Part shown: piece after piece, positions 29,368 through 45,055 of the stretch
Layout of the letters: every line of letters starts with the position of its first letter
How positions within the stretch are numbered: position 1 is the first letter of the stretch
Source: the human T2T-CHM13v2.0 reference genome, Homo sapiens
Reading direction: 5' to 3' (one strand)
NCBI RefSeq assembly: GCF_009914755.1
Contig: NC_060929.1
Length of the DNA: 64,000 nucleotides
Made by a program: the position numbers and the translations under genes
Notes under the pieces: generated by a model
What the model was told of the DNA's origin: nothing
The model's database searches: none
The model's input: the letters and a program-made list of their open reading frames with translations, nothing else

Positions 29368-30453
29368 TATCTTAGTTCTTTCAGGGTTCTGTTACAAATT
29401 GCCATAGACTGAGTGGCTTATAAACAACAGAAATTTATTTCTCATACTTTTGGAAGCTCAGAAGTCTAAGGGTGCCAACATAGTTGGGTTCTGGTGAGGG
29501 CCCTGTTCCAGGCTGCTGACTGCTTTCTTCTCATTGTATATTCATATGGTGAAAAAATGGTGAGAGAGCTTTTTAGGGTTTCTTGTGTAAGGGCACTAAT
29601 CCTATTACTGTTTTAACAGCCTGAGGGGTTCTTCTTGCCTGCTGCCCAAAAAGCCAATGCACTGAGACAGCAGGTTTTGCAGCAAAGAAAGAGTTTAATA
29701 ATTGCAGGTCCAGCCAAGCAGAAGGATGTGAAACATTTCTCAAATCCCCTGCCCCAAGAACTTGGAGGCCAGGATGTTAAGGATAATTTGAGGGTAGCGG
29801 TCTAGAGACTTGGTGTGACTTATTGGTTGGGGATGAAACCATAGGAGTATACAAACCATCTTCATGTGCTAAGTCAGTTCCTGTGGGATTGGGGGTCACA
29901 GTAGAGTCAGTTCATTGGTATGAGTCATGGGTCCCATTGGAGTCAGTTGGTTGCCAGAATGCCAAAGTCTGAAAAATATTTCAAAGACCAATCTTAGGTT
30001 TAGACAATAGTGATGTGATCTGTAGGAGCAATCAGGGAAGTTATTGAAAAGAGGCAAGCTAGGAAACAATAGCTGATTAATGTTTATGCCTACATTTTAG
30101 CAGAATTCAGGCCCCTTCTGTAATTCTAAACTTATGGCCTTGTATTAGCCTTACAGAGGTGGTTTTGGCCCCCAGCAAGGAGGGGTCACTTTCAGGAAGG
30201 AACTATTATTATCTTTGTTTTAAATTTAACAAATGCAGTTAGCTTATGAGGTTAGAAGCAAGATGCAGTCAGTTAGGTTAGATTGCTTTTATTGTTATAA
30301 CTTTTGCAAAGGCAGTTTCAATGATGGCTCTATCCTCATGATTTAATCACTTCCCAGAGAATGGCCTACCTTCTACATCCTAATGCCATCACATTGGGAG
30401 TTAGAATTTCAACATATGAATTTTGGGGACACACAAACATTCAGAACATAACA
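29368..30453 (-). mobile_element. MLT1A-like solo LTR, split by an LTR8-like insertion
   Basis: GGCTTATAAACAACAGAAATTTATTTCTCA ... AAGGGCACTAATCC | ATGATGGCTC ... ACAAACATTCAGAACATAACA; TSD (C/T)TCCA. Confidence 0.82.
29609..30320 (-). mobile_element. LTR8/LTR26-like ERV1 solo LTR
   Basis: Minus strand starts TGAAACTGCCTTTGCAAAAGTTATAAC..CATCTTGCTTCTAACCTC. Confidence 0.75.
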
Positions 30454-30748
30454 TTCCATCATTGTTTGATGCTATAAGATGTCTCATCTTGTATATGTTC
30501 TTCCCAGTCTTTTCATAAGCCCTTTCTCCAAGTAGTCCTTGTTCCTTGCTTATTGAATAGTATTAGGAACCAAGATCTGAGTGCTTGTGTGCTCTTTTCT
30601 ACAAGAGTGTCTGTTGCTAGGTCCTCTCACCTGATGGATCAAAGGAATATACGTGTATACTAACACCAGAAGTACACATGTCTATAAACATTTCTATACA
30701 TAGCCATGCATCTCTATTAAGCTAACTACAAGTTTATATTGATGTCTC

Positions 30749-31308
30749 TGTGGGGTCAAGGGCCACAAGGAGGTTAAAAGGGTCAAGGTTTGCTGAAAAA
30801 TCACTGACCTGAGGTAGATTGATTAATAGGAGAAAAGGTATACAGACTTATTTAATGTGTATACACAGGAGCCTTCAGAATGAAAACCCATCCCTTCAAT
30901 GAGTTACAGAAGCTTATATACCATCTTGAAGTTACAGAAGTAAGGGGGGCTTGGATTTTTGTTATGGGAAGAGAAGAATTTCATGGAGGGGCAATAAATG
31001 ATTGGTATGGAGAATTATTGGATGGGGAACATACATTAACTTGCAAATTGGTATTTTTGGGATTCAAAGGATCCTTGGACACAATCATTATCTTGCAAAA
31101 GGATCTGTTCAGGTTTGGTCACATGCATGATCTTACAGGGAGGGGAAGAAAAAACAATTATCCTCCTTGGTGGGTCTGAATCTCAGGCAGATAAAGAAGA
31201 TCTAACTTCTTTGGGAAAGAAAGTGGGAGAGGGAAAGGTCAGAGAAACTTGAGGCTTCTTTAGTTCAGCATGTTAAAATTTTGGGGTATTGGTTTCTGAG
31301 CCTCAACA
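30749..31308 (-). mobile_element. MER39/MER34-like ERV1 solo LTR
   Basis: Minus strand starts TGTTGAGGCTCAGAAACCAATACCCCAAAA; perfect 4-bp TSD TCTC. Confidence 0.8.
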
Positions 31309-32285
31309 TCTCCTAATGTAATCCATTACTATCTGAATTATTCTAGCCTTTCTCTTGATTATCTGTAAACTCTTCCTCCAACAGAGATAAATCTGCCTCC
31401 TACCAGTCAAATCTGTTCAGTTCATTTTTCAATTCTAGTACACATGTGTAATAGTATCAGAATTGTTAATCTGTACCTCCATATGTGACAACTTTATCAA
31501 CCAGAGTACAGTGCTTAAGTGCAGTTTCTTTTGTCCTTAGTCTTACAAACTCCAGTCCTCTTCATAGTTTCCCCCATCCCCTTTAGTGAAGTTGTTTCAT
31601 GTATTTGTAATACAGTTATATTCTTTTGTCACAGACTGCATTCCCATGGAGATCCTCCAAATTCCTAATTGATCTTCTTTTAATTTGCATATGTAAAAGT
31701 TCTTTCTTTGTGCTGTAAATTTTTATGGGTTTTGACAGATGTATAATGTCAGGTATCTACCATTACAGTACCATACGGAATGGTTTTACTGCTCTAAAAA
31801 AATCCTTCTGTGCTTCACTTATTTCCCCTTTTCCTGTGAACCCCTGGAAACCTCTGATCTTTTTAGTGTCATTATAGTTTTGCCTTTCCCAGAATGTCGT
31901 ATAATTGGAATCATACAGCCTTTTCAGATTGCCTTCTTTCACTAAGCAATATGCAGTTAAGGTTCATTTACATTTTCTTTTGGCTTGAGAGCTCATTTCC
32001 TTTTTATCACTGATTATTATTCCATTGTATAAATCTATCACAGATCATTTATCCATTCACTTATTGAAGGACTTCTTGATTGCTTTCAGTTTTCAGCAGT
32101 TATGAATGAAATGCCATAAATATTTATGTTCAGGTTTTTGTTGGGGCATCATTTTTCAAATTGGTTAGGTAAATACATAGCTACACCATTACTAGATTCT
32201 AGGGGAAGACTATGTTTACTTTGTAACAAATTGCCAATCTACCTTTCAGAGCTGCCGTATCATTTTTCATTTTCACCAGAAATAA

Positions 32286-32668
<383 letters not shown>

Positions 32669-33619
32669 TGATTTTTAAATGTAATGTTTTCTTTTCAAGA
32701 TAGACTGATCAATTATTTCCTTCTTAATGTCAAAATTCTTCCTCAGTTCTTCTTCAAGCATCATTATATGTATCAACACCCTATGTTTGACACTTCATCA
32801 CCAAGCATATGTAATGTGCCTTGAAAGTTTTTATAATTTTTGGCTCTGTAAGTTTCAAAGGGAAAACAAAAGACCATTCATATGTTTTCATAAAAGACCA
32901 ACACTAAAAGAAAGTCTTGACATATTGCCTGGTTAGACAGATAACACAGTCTGACCTTCAGTCAGGGAGAAGCTAGGCTATGCAGGAACACCCATCATGG
33001 CACACCTATTGGCAACTGGGTTACCAGAATCAAGGTGGATTTAGCCCTCAATAAATTAATACAAAGCAGCTCCTTATTGCCACTTCTTGAAGTGGAAGGA
33101 AAATCACTGAGAATATGGAAAGAAAAAAGTAACATATCTAGCAATATGGGAAATGGATACCCAGGAGGCCATCCATTCCATACATCCTGGATATATTAAA
33201 ACCTTCAGATGCTCTGTAATCTATCTTGCAACATTGCTTACAAGTGCCTTCAGTGTGATGATAAGGTATGCTGAACCCCATGTATTGTGTAAATATGAAT
33301 GAGAAATGTCTTATTTTTCAAATCTTCAGAATCTGAAATTTCTAGATGCTACCTATTCCCTTTAATTCTGCTTGAAACTCTGTAGTTCTTTTATGAAATC
33401 AAACCCCCCTTAAAGAACTTTGTCAAATAGAATAATAACAATAAACTCATACTACCACAATCTGACTTATAACCTCTTTGTCCAGTGCCACCAGGTCAGT
33501 CCATTAGAAAATTTTCTGACTTTAGATTATCAGAGATAATAATTTGACCAAATATTTTGCCATTGCATAACATAAATAACCATTTTTTTCAGTCTCCAAT
33601 ATCATTTAGCTATTGCTTG

Positions 33620-33840
33620 CCACCCTGCCAGTGCCATGTAATTTCTGTATTTGTTAGGGCAGCACCCCATTTCTGATACCAATTTTTATATTAGGGAAGT
33701 TTTACTGTAACAATGCTGCATAACACACTTTCCCAAAATCTCATTGAATTTCAGTAACAACATCAGTTTGTCTTTCATGGGTCTCTGAGTTGCTAGGACA
33801 ATTTACCTCTGGTTGAAGTCAGATTCAAATCTGCTGTAAT
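33620..33840 (-). mobile_element. Old MLT1 LTR fragment with adjoining internal-region junction
   Basis: GCACCCCATTTCTGATACCAATTT followed by TATTAG..CTGTAACAATGCTGCATAACA..CCCAAAATCTCA. Confidence 0.55.
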
Positions 33841-34094
33841 CCCTATGACTTAGTCACACATAATTAGAATATTTGGGGGACTGTTATATTTTAAGTCTTT
33901 AATAGCAGTTTACTCTGGGTTTATAAAATAATGTGCATTTTATGTGCAGAAGGAAATTACCACAGTTGTATAAGGGGCTCTTAACTGAAATTATATTTGA
34001 GTTGGTGGCACTTGTTATCTGAAACACGGGGATTGAAATCAAAGCTGGCATGGAAGTTTTCTCTGTTTTTGGTGGTGACTTTCACTGAGTCATG

Positions 34095-34300
34095 CTTTCA
34101 GCCTCCCAAGTGCATTGGCATGTGTTATCTCACTGCAGAATAACAATTTTATAAAGAGAGACTTAGATGATTTCACCAGTGAAGGAGATGAGAACCAGTG
34201 TTTAGGTGACTTGGCCATGGTCAAAAGCTTGAAGGTGGTATAGGTACAACTTGATCCAACCAAATCTCACATGCATCTGTGCTCTCTCCTCTCTCCACAC
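34095..34300 (+). mobile_element. MIR fragment
   Basis: CATGTGTTATCTCA..GTGAAGGAGATGAG..GGTGACTTGGCCATGGTCA. Confidence 0.5.
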
Positions 34301-35608
34301 CTTTTTTCATGGAGGACAACTTGGAGAGGACTTGCTCTTACTGAGGTGACAGAGGAAGGGCAGGAAGCAGTCTTCTGAAAGTTTCTAGTGTATAATAACC
34401 ATATTTCTTAAACAGCTGAATCTGCATGAGAACAATTCTAGCTAAGAGACAAGGATACTTTGATTCCATTGGGCTATTATTGAGTACTGTACCCTGTAGT
34501 TCTGCGTCTGCAATCCTGTGGTTGACATATGTGTGTATAAGATGAGGTATCATCTAGCCACACAAGCTTACATTAATGTTAGTTATCAGAAAAATTTTCC
34601 AGGAAAAACAGCCAATGTCTCATGAGTGCCAAATTACTTCAGGGAGGGCCTTATATTTCCAAATTAAATTATTTCAGCAAAGTTTATGCATAAATTCCAA
34701 GCATGCAGAGATTATTTAGGAGATGGTTGCTATGGTAGAAAGCAGTGAACATCCTAATATAGAGATAATCACAGTTCATTTTAAGTTATTCCAAAATGTA
34801 AATCTTTGTGAAAAGTTGCTGCCAAAATATCTTACTTGCTGAATAGTTTGATATCTGAAGATAGGCCATTCTACTGGAAATTGATATTTGTAATCCTTAG
34901 AGAAATTTAATCCAAAATGTTTAAACTCAGCATATTTTCTGAGATCTAACTGTATTGATTTTTAAAGATCTGGATTGCTTGTTTAAATGTTTTATAATGG
35001 TTTGTCATATACATAGATGAAATTTTTAAACACAGTTCTTTAAAGAAGGGCAATTATGTTGTTTACAGTTTGTTTTAATGTTATAAACCCTATAAAATGT
35101 CTTGGCTTCCATGAGTTTTGTAAAAATTCTTCCCCAGTACTCCCTCATTATTTTAAAATAGAAGTGCTGCGATGATTTTTTTTTTCAAATTTTGAGATAC
35201 AGGGGAATTGAGAAGACTCTGAGAAGCTAGAATATGAGGTCATACCCACTCACTGGGCTGAGGTAGACACTGTAGGAAAGCCCACAGCGACAAGATTCAG
35301 GAGGAAGCCTAGGTTAGCCTAGTGAATTCACCTGCGTGACTTAATAAGTATTTATCACATGATGAAGAATACACTGAGACTATAGGAATTAAGTAAGGTA
35401 GCAGCATCCCGTGGAGTCAGAGGCTGACAGGAAACAGGGACTACAGTTTTCCCAAGCTGAGGCAGTGTCTGACCTCACTGTTAGGTGTTAGAGGAATGAG
35501 TGCTGGCTCCCAAGCTCAGAATTTAAAGACATGATTTTTGACCCTGGGGGTATTTCAGAAATAAAAGCCTAGATCCAGGAACTCAGATATAAAGATTTAA
35601 GTACATGG

Positions 35609-36215
35609 TGTCAAATAAGAACAAACCTGGAACTAGATAAAGAAAGACTTTTTATCCAAAGGGACTGTTTCAATGAAGGGAGGGGAACTACTGATGTAGG
35701 GAGTGTGCTCTGGCCATAACATGTGCACTTGTCTCAGAGGTCAGCAGAAAAGACTCTTCTTTTATAGAAAGAAGTGAATTAGGCTAGAAAGAGCTGGCTT
35801 TAGGAGAGTAGGTGGTGTGATGGCACAATCCATCAGGGAGTGTTTTTCTCTAACTGATTCCTGAGAGAGGTGGTTAAGGAGAGATTGTCTGCTGGTTCAG
35901 ATGGAGGATAAATTGAAGTATAGAGACCTTGGAGAAGGAGAGAAGTTTGGTGGATCAGGTATTTTCCTCAGATTGGTGAGTGAGTGCAAAGAGTTCAGCT
36001 CATTATTTAAGAGGCAAGGAATGGGAATTTGAAGGATCTGTGTCTGTTTTTTCCGTAGGTATACAGGGGAGCAACTGTGAGTCTTGTATACGTTACACAG
36101 AGAAGAGTGATTCTTTGCAATAAACTGTTTCCCAGGACAAAAGAGGGTGGGAGGGTTTCTTCAATTATCACTATTGTTCAGGATCACAAGGCTCAGGTAA
36201 AATTCAACATTGTCA
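35609..36215 (-). mobile_element. MER31-like ERV1 solo LTR
   Basis: Minus strand starts TGACAATGTTGAATTTTACCTGAGCC; ends ..TGACA. Confidence 0.78.
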
Positions 36216-37259
36216 AGGGAACAAAGGACCTAGAACCCTCATGCTAGTCCAAGCTGCAAGTATAATTCAATACTGAATCCTCACATGCAGGACCTAACTC
36301 TCATCCTACTTAAAATCATGACTGATCAGACAAACTCAAGTTGCATGAACTGGTCCTAGGGGTGGGAGAGGAATGGTGCACAGATGAAGAGGCAGGTAGG
36401 GTCAGACCCGAAGCAACGGGTGTGCTAGTCCCACTCTGTTGGGTCACCGAATCCCTCTTACAATACGGGTTTCATTGCAGAGCTTTCTGTAGATGAGTTT
36501 CTTGTATTGTTGCATAACAAGATCTTAAACCAGAAGGTGAAAAATCAGTTGTGACTGCAATAATGACTGCATTGCAAATCCAAGTAACTTTCATTACACA
36601 AATCTAAACTAATTCTGAATTTTCCGAAAGCAGAAGACTACGTTTTGTTATTTTACATTGGGAAAATTGTAATGTCCCCAGCCCGACAGAAATGCCCACT
36701 GATTCCTCCCAATATCATTAAAAAACATTTAAACTTATAAAGGAAAATTTGCAAAACATTTGTGCACGTTATAAAATGATCTTCAAGCCATCTACATAAT
36801 TATTTAACAATTAATGAACTATTTGAGGCTTTGCTTGCAAAATACAATATCAGATAAAAATTATGTTTTGCTTTACACTGAAGGAACATACTGCTGCACC
36901 ATGTAGATAAATCATAAGATAGTGTGTTAGTACTGTGCAATGGGTGCAGATAGCATTCACCAAGATAAGAAAAAAAGGCACCTCACATGATGTTATCCTA
37001 CTGCTTGAAGAGTTCCTTGAGTGGGGCTGAGTATCGAAGTGGAGGAGATGGTCACAGGTATTTGCGTGGGGAGAAAGGCAGCAGGACTGAAAGGGCAGAT
37101 CTGAGGGTTATTCATGTGCAAATCCAAAGATTTGCAGACTTTTAAAGTGTAGACAGAGGAAGAGGTTGAACAGAACTCAAAGATATACTCTAGTGATAAG
37201 AGTTTATGGTTCTTATTATAACCATAAACTCTTGTTTATGGTTGTGCCTGGAATTACCT

Positions 37260-38820
37260 TTTTTGAACGGGATGCTTCAATTTGTATTATGAATAATTAT
37301 GCTATCTGCATGAACTAAATCTTTTAATTGATATACTTAATCCTTTAATGGATTTTTCTAGGCAGCGGTTAATTTTAATATTTAGTTAAGAAATTATCAG
37401 TCTTCTGTGGGTTAACTGTTTTTTTTTCTATCTCCTGGAAACTTTTATAAGTTTCTTTCTACCCCTGATATTCTTCAGTTTCATTATGACGTAACTAGAT
37501 ACAGACTTTGAAAGTTTACCCTGTTGCACATACACCCAGGAAACACCTGTGAAGTTATGTCTCTTTTTACTTCAGGGATATTCTAAGCCACTATCTCTTC
37601 AAATGTTGCCTGTTCACCATTCCATCTAACTCCAACTCCAGGTGAATGTCGGAGCTTCTCAATTTATCCTTACTCTTTTACGATCATTTTTATGTTTTCT
37701 TTGTTCTAAATTTCTCTGTAATTCAGGTTGAGTACTCTGGTGCTGTCTTTTGTTACAGGTATTTAGACAAGCATGAGCAGGCCAGGAAAGGGCCCTCCCT
37801 CATCCACTAGGAATGTCAGGTGATGGTTCGACAATGATCACTTTGCCTCTCTAAAAGTGATAAATTGTCAGCGTGTGCCAGGGAGAGGCCATTTACTGAT
37901 ACCCCACAGCTGTTGCAGTAAAGTGTTCATTGAATGCAGGCGCCTGGGAGAAGTAACTTCCTGGGCATGTGCATGAAGAGACAAAATGGCGGAGTATGAC
38001 CCACTCGGGGCACTCCACAGGAAAAGGGAAGAAAGCCTCAGACCGGCATGTGCACAGCTTCTTAAACACACTGCCTGTGCTCACTTCCCAAGGCTAAGGA
38101 GGACACCGTGCATCTGGGAAATAATGCCCCCCCTGAGGGAAGAATCATGGGAAAGGGGCAAGCCTACAAAGTCCTGGGGTCAAGGTTAAACACTGCACCT
38201 GACCTCAGTGCCCACTTGGGACTCTTCCAAGCGTACTTTGTTTTCTTCCCTGTTCTAAAGCCTTTTTAAATAAACTTCCACTCCTGCTCTGAAACTTGTC
38301 CCGGTCTCCTCTTCTGCCTTATGCCCCTCAGTTGAATTCTTTCTTTTGAGGAGGCAAGAACTAAGGTTGCTGCAGAGCTCTACAGACTCACCGCCGGTTA
38401 CTTGGATACCTTCCACTGGTAACATACTTGGGGCCATGAGACTTGGATATTTGCCACCACAACATTTTAATTCCCTAACACCTTATTCTTATTACACATT
38501 AATTACCCTGTTGAAATTTATTTTTTTATACTTTCTAACTGGCTCTTTAAATAGTCTCTTTCTACTTGGTTTGTGTTCGCTTTCTGTTCTATTGCTCTTA
38601 TTTTGTCTCTTTGGATGCCACTCTCTCTTTTGGAAGACTGCTCTCTCACTTGCACTTTCTTTGGGATGAATGCTTTCTTTAGTGAGTTTGTGGAGCTCAG
38701 ACTTCCATCACTGGGACTGTCTTTCTTCACGTGCTTTGGAATTTTAGTTTCCAGGCTTGTCTCAAGTTGTTTCATGTGTATGTTCACCTGTGCTTAATTT
38801 TCCCCTCCCTGTCTGCACAC
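37260..38820 (-). mobile_element. Ancient L1M/HAL1-type fragments flanking MER50
   Basis: T-rich decayed L1 ORF1-region-like sequence (ATTCTAAGCCACTATCTCTTCAAAT). Confidence 0.45.
37751..38464 (+). mobile_element. MER50 ERV1 solo LTR
   Basis: TGTTACAGGTA.TTAGACA.GCATGAGC..CCACTAGGAATGTCAGGTGATGGTTCGACAAT; AATAAA at ~38279; ends AACA. Confidence 0.85.
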
Positions 38821-38825
38821 AGATA

Positions 38826-39949
38826 TAATAGCACCCACTTATTTGCAGTTTCACTTCTGTGTTTTCAGTTACCTTTGGTCTGTGAACCCAAAATAACTCA
38901 GTCATATCTCAGTCAATTTAGAAAGTTTATTTTGCCAAGGTTAAGGACGCACCAGTGACTCAGCCTCAGGAGGTCCTGATAACATGTGTCCAAGGTGTTT
39001 GGGGTACAGCTTGCTTTTATACATTTTAGGGAGACATAATACATCAATCAATACATGTAAGATTTACACTGATTTGATCTGGAAGGGCGGGACAACTCGA
39101 AGGTGGGAGGGGGGACTTCCAGGTCGTAGATAGATGTAAGCATATTTTAATTGGCAATTGGTTGAAAGAGTTATTATCAGTAGAACAGAATGTCTGGGTT
39201 AAGATAAGGGGTTGTGGAGACCAAGGTTTTATCATGCAGATGAAGCCTCCAGGTAGCAGGCTTCAGAGAGAATAGGTTGTACATGTTTCTTATCAGACTT
39301 AAAGTCTGTGTTGATGTTCATGCTGGAAGGGTAGAATGAGGTTAGGTCCAACCCCCTCTTCCATCATGGCCTGAACTAGATTTTCAGGTTAACTCTGGAA
39401 TGCCCTTGGCCAAGAGGAGAGGTCCACTCAGATGATTGGGGGCCTTAAAGTTTTATTTTTTGTTTATAGGTCTACGGTGGCCCAGAAATATTAAATAAAA
39501 AATTCCAGAAATAAACAATCATAAGTTTTAAATTCTTTCTGAATAGCATGATGAAATCTCTCACCATCCTTCTCATCCTGCCCAGGACAAAAATCCTCCC
39601 TATGTCCAGTGGATCCACACTGTCTACACTCCCTGCCTGGTAGTCACATAGCAGCCATCTCAGTTATCAGATTGACTGTTGTGGTATCACAGTCCTTATA
39701 TTCAAGTCACCCTTGTTTTACTTAAGAACGGCCCCAAAATGCAAAGGTAGTGATGCTGGCATATTATCATAATTGTTGTATTATTAGTTATTGCTGTTAA
39801 CTCTTTCTGTGCCTAGTTTATAAATTAAACTTTACCATAGGTACATATATAAGAGAAAACATAGTACATAGAAGGTTTGGTGCAACCTGTGGTTTCAGTG
39901 TTCACTGGGGGCTTTGGGACACATCTTCCTTGGAGAAAGGAGACTACAG
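38826..39949 (+). mobile_element. MER44B-like Tigger7 MITE, split by a MER4 LTR
   Basis: TTTCAGTTACC..GGTC | GGTC..AAATATTAAAT..AAATTCCAGAAATAAACAAT; decayed TIR ..GAGACTACAG. Confidence 0.82.
38881..39468 (-). mobile_element. MER4B/D-like ERV1 solo LTR
   Basis: CAATTTAGAAAGTTTATTTTGCCAAGGTTAAGGAC; perfect 4-bp TSD GGTC (38877-80, 39469-72). Confidence 0.85.
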
Positions 39950-40613
39950 TGCTACTAAGGCTTCAGGGGCCCATTAAGGCCTAGTTCAGAACTCGGTTCA
40001 TATCAGCTCTTCAGCCCTGTCGCTGCAGGGACACACGATGGTAAGTGAGCCTCACTGGTCCCTGCTCACAGAGGTCTCCTCCAGTCTATGCTGCTCAGCA
40101 GGAATGGGTCTCCCATCTGATTCTGAGGTCTGAGTCTTGACTCTACTAAACACAGTGTGTTTGGGTCCCATTTCTGCTTCACAGGAATGCGTATCCCATT
40201 TTAGTGAGGTTATGCTCTTGTAATACATTTTTGTAAATTCACTACTCGTCTTTACCTGAAGTAGAACAAGGAGAATCCCATGGGGAAGGCACCTGACTCA
40301 ATGTGTTTTTCTGACCAATCACTTCCTTTCTTTGGTGCTTACAAGACATGCTTGAAACTAGGTAATTCCAAGCTAACTTTCCAGAGGTCCCTGTCCTGAC
40401 ATCTAACAGCAACAGCCTTAGCCAGAGTCAGCCAGATGATCAGTTTTAGAAATTGAACCCAATAGAGACAGCCCTGGGGGATCCTGCCTTACATTTGCAC
40501 CTGTACTTCAATTATAATTAAATTGTTCATCTGGTTGTTTGCTTCACTTACATGTTAAGAAAAACAAGACTCATTCTGTCTCAGTGACTTGAAAGTTTGG
40601 TTTGCTACTGTAA

Positions 40614-40979
<366 letters not shown>

Positions 40980-42062
40980 GGAAACTGAATAGGTATTACA
41001 AGGAAGGAACAGTCTCTGTTTTCCTGAACTTCCTCCCGTTCAAGTTAAACTGGAGAAGATCATGCCAGGAGAAAAGTGAGTATTTCTTCTTTAAATGATC
41101 ATAGTGAAAGCTTCCTGTCTTTGTGTTAAGACTGTTTACATCACAGAATGAGTAAATGTTAGAAAATTGAAAGGACACTGGGATATTTATGGAAATTAGC
41201 ATTCACTTGAGACATTAAAATGAGGATGAAATATTTATATTTTCTACTCAGCTTATAAATAGAGTATTTCCCTGTTGAGATTTCTCCCTGCTGTTATAAT
41301 GCTAATCTTTTTATTCAAATGTTCACAGACTCTCCATTTTCAAGATGAGTGATGTGGGTTGGGCCTGAGTCCTGGTGTTTCCTTGGGTGGAGGTCCTCCC
41401 TTGTCATCAAGTTCAGAAGTGAAATAACAACAAATGCTCTGGCATTTCGGTGGCCTCATCCTTTGTACTGGATTGCCTTTCTCTCTTGTTTTCAGAACCT
41501 CCATGAACATAGGATTTGAAGTATCTCTTAACCTTAGGAAAGTCTGTGACGTTCATAGCATTCATTGTGGCAAAACTTGTAGATACTCAAAATCTACTCT
41601 GTATGTCAGTTCAAGTCACACTTTTATGAACAATAACAGTAGCAATATTTGGAATAAGAACTATTTTAAATAAATGTTCATCAATTGTCTTAGACAATGT
41701 TAAGAATGTGTGGTATGCAAATAATTCCTAAAGATGTCAATACATTCTGCCCCAAACTAAAATAAAAATGTATTCATGCACCATTGAGCTTGTGGGCAGA
41801 GACTTTGGGGCTAGAAATGAACTGGTCTGTTCCTCACGGTAATCACTGCAGGTGCCCATTGGTGCATCTGGGTGTGAGAATGGACGGGAGTGACACTTCT
41901 CTGGAGGCTGCATCTGACTCCTCAGACAGCAGACCCTGGCTACCCAACTTTTTCTTCATACCTTAACCTGTTGTTTTGTGAGACATGCAAGCAATTTGAG
42001 GTTATTGAAATTGAGAGGGCTGTAACTTCCTTCCCATTTTCAGTATTAAACTTTTTGCACTG

Positions 42063-42340
42063 TTTCTTTGTTTCTTTCCTTTTTGTTTTTTTGTGGGACT
42101 GAGTGATCACAGCTCACTGCAGCCTTGACCCGCCCAGCTCTAGCAATCCTCCCACCTCGGCCTCTTGACTAGCTGGGACTATAAGCACACACCACTATGC
42201 CTGGCTAATTTTTAAAATTTTGTAGCCATGAGGCCCCACTATGTTGCCCAGGCTGGTCTTGAACTCCTGGCCTCAAGTGACCTGCTTGCCTCAGCTCCCC
42301 AAAGTGCTAGAATTACAGGCGTGAGCCTCCATGCCTGGCC
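42063..42340 (-). mobile_element. AluJ with a deletion near its 3' end
   Basis: J-type GCTCACTGCAGCCTTGACC and CACTATGTTGCCCAGG; ~35 bp next to the tail missing. Confidence 0.85.
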
Positions 42341-43049
42341 AAACACGGTTTCTTTTCCACCCATCCTCTTTGCTGTTCCTATTGTGTGGAGCTTCTAATT
42401 CTCTCACCAATTACAAGCAGTGTGTGTTTGCATAATCCATGCCTTCCTTTGCTGATTGTTGCAGTTTAAACCATTTCAGATCATTTCATGAACGTGTAAC
42501 TTTTGTTATTGTCCTTTTTGTTTTTTTGTTTTGTATGTGATTGGTTGGTTAGTGAAATTGGCTTGCTTCTGTTAGTTTCAGTCATTATAGCCATGTGAGG
42601 ACAGGTTCTGCCCACTGAGGACCAGGTCTCTCCATGTGTGGAAGGTGCTTTCATCCTCTCCAGGTTGAGCTCTGCAGTTGGACTCAGAAGCTTTACATTA
42701 ACAACCAGCAGCTGGGTTTAGAGCCTGGCTCCACAAACCATAATGATGAGAATGTCATAAACCCTGCTGGATTCAGTATGATTTGCAGTTACAACTCTCT
42801 AGGGGGCTGCACTGCGCTGTGCTCTTCTTGTGGTCCGGGGCTCTGCACATTCAGTGTGTGACAGAACACTCTTTCCATGCCTGTCCTTGCTGTCCAAATA
42901 TATGTAGTGCCCCAGCAAAGCAGGCTGTGGCCATGTCACTACTAAATTGCCTAATTTTGTTGCAGTGTTTCTTAAATTATGCAGAGTGGCACTACTGATT
43001 AGTCCACCCCCAACCTGCTCTTGTGTGCGGACATCAGCTTTCCCCAACT

Positions 43050-43448
43050 CAAGAGGAAAAATGAAGGGCGTGCAAGCCTGATTATTAGCTTCAGCCTTAT
43101 TCCCATTCCTCTGTTTTCACCCTAGGCTGCTCTGCACCCATGCTTTGGCATAGCCAGAGAACAAGAACTGCCCCATTCATGCCCATGAGTGGCTCCAACA
43201 GGAAGTCTTTGCTCCAGGACTCCCCATGGCCTGGCTGAAGCTGCCTTAGGTCTGTTGAGGTTTCAGACCCTTCCTATTCAATCCCTTCTTCTCTCACAGG
43301 TAGCAAATCTGCATCACGGTCTCAAGGTTCTTCTCATCTTTTTCTTCTGCTCTCTGTCCTTTATTGTATACATTAATTTCTTTCAATTAATTGGTTGCAT
43401 TTCTCATCCCATCTTCACATCCACTTCTCAGAGGACCTATCAGGCACA
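43050..43448 (+). mobile_element. LTR16B-like ERVL LTR
   Basis: TCACAGGT..CTGCATCACGGTCTCAAGG ... CCCATCTT..CTTCTCAGAGGACC. Confidence 0.6.
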
Positions 43449-43739
43449 CCCACTGTCCATTCTCTCTGTGCCTTATCTTCAGGAGAGTTTTGGACCCTAC
43501 CATGAGAGTTTCAGATCTCTAAAATGGGAAAAATATTTTAATGGAATCACAAATTCTAGATTATATGTTGCTATATTATTGGAAAAAATAAATACGAATT
43601 AACAAGGAAATAAACCCAAATACTTTTTTCATGATATAGAAGTGTTTAAGAAACATACCAATTGCTTGCATTCACCCAGAATGGTTCTTATTTTTGTGAC
43701 TGAGCACAGAATGACTCATGGTCCAAATCCGTATACTCA

Positions 43740-45055
<1,316 letters not shown>

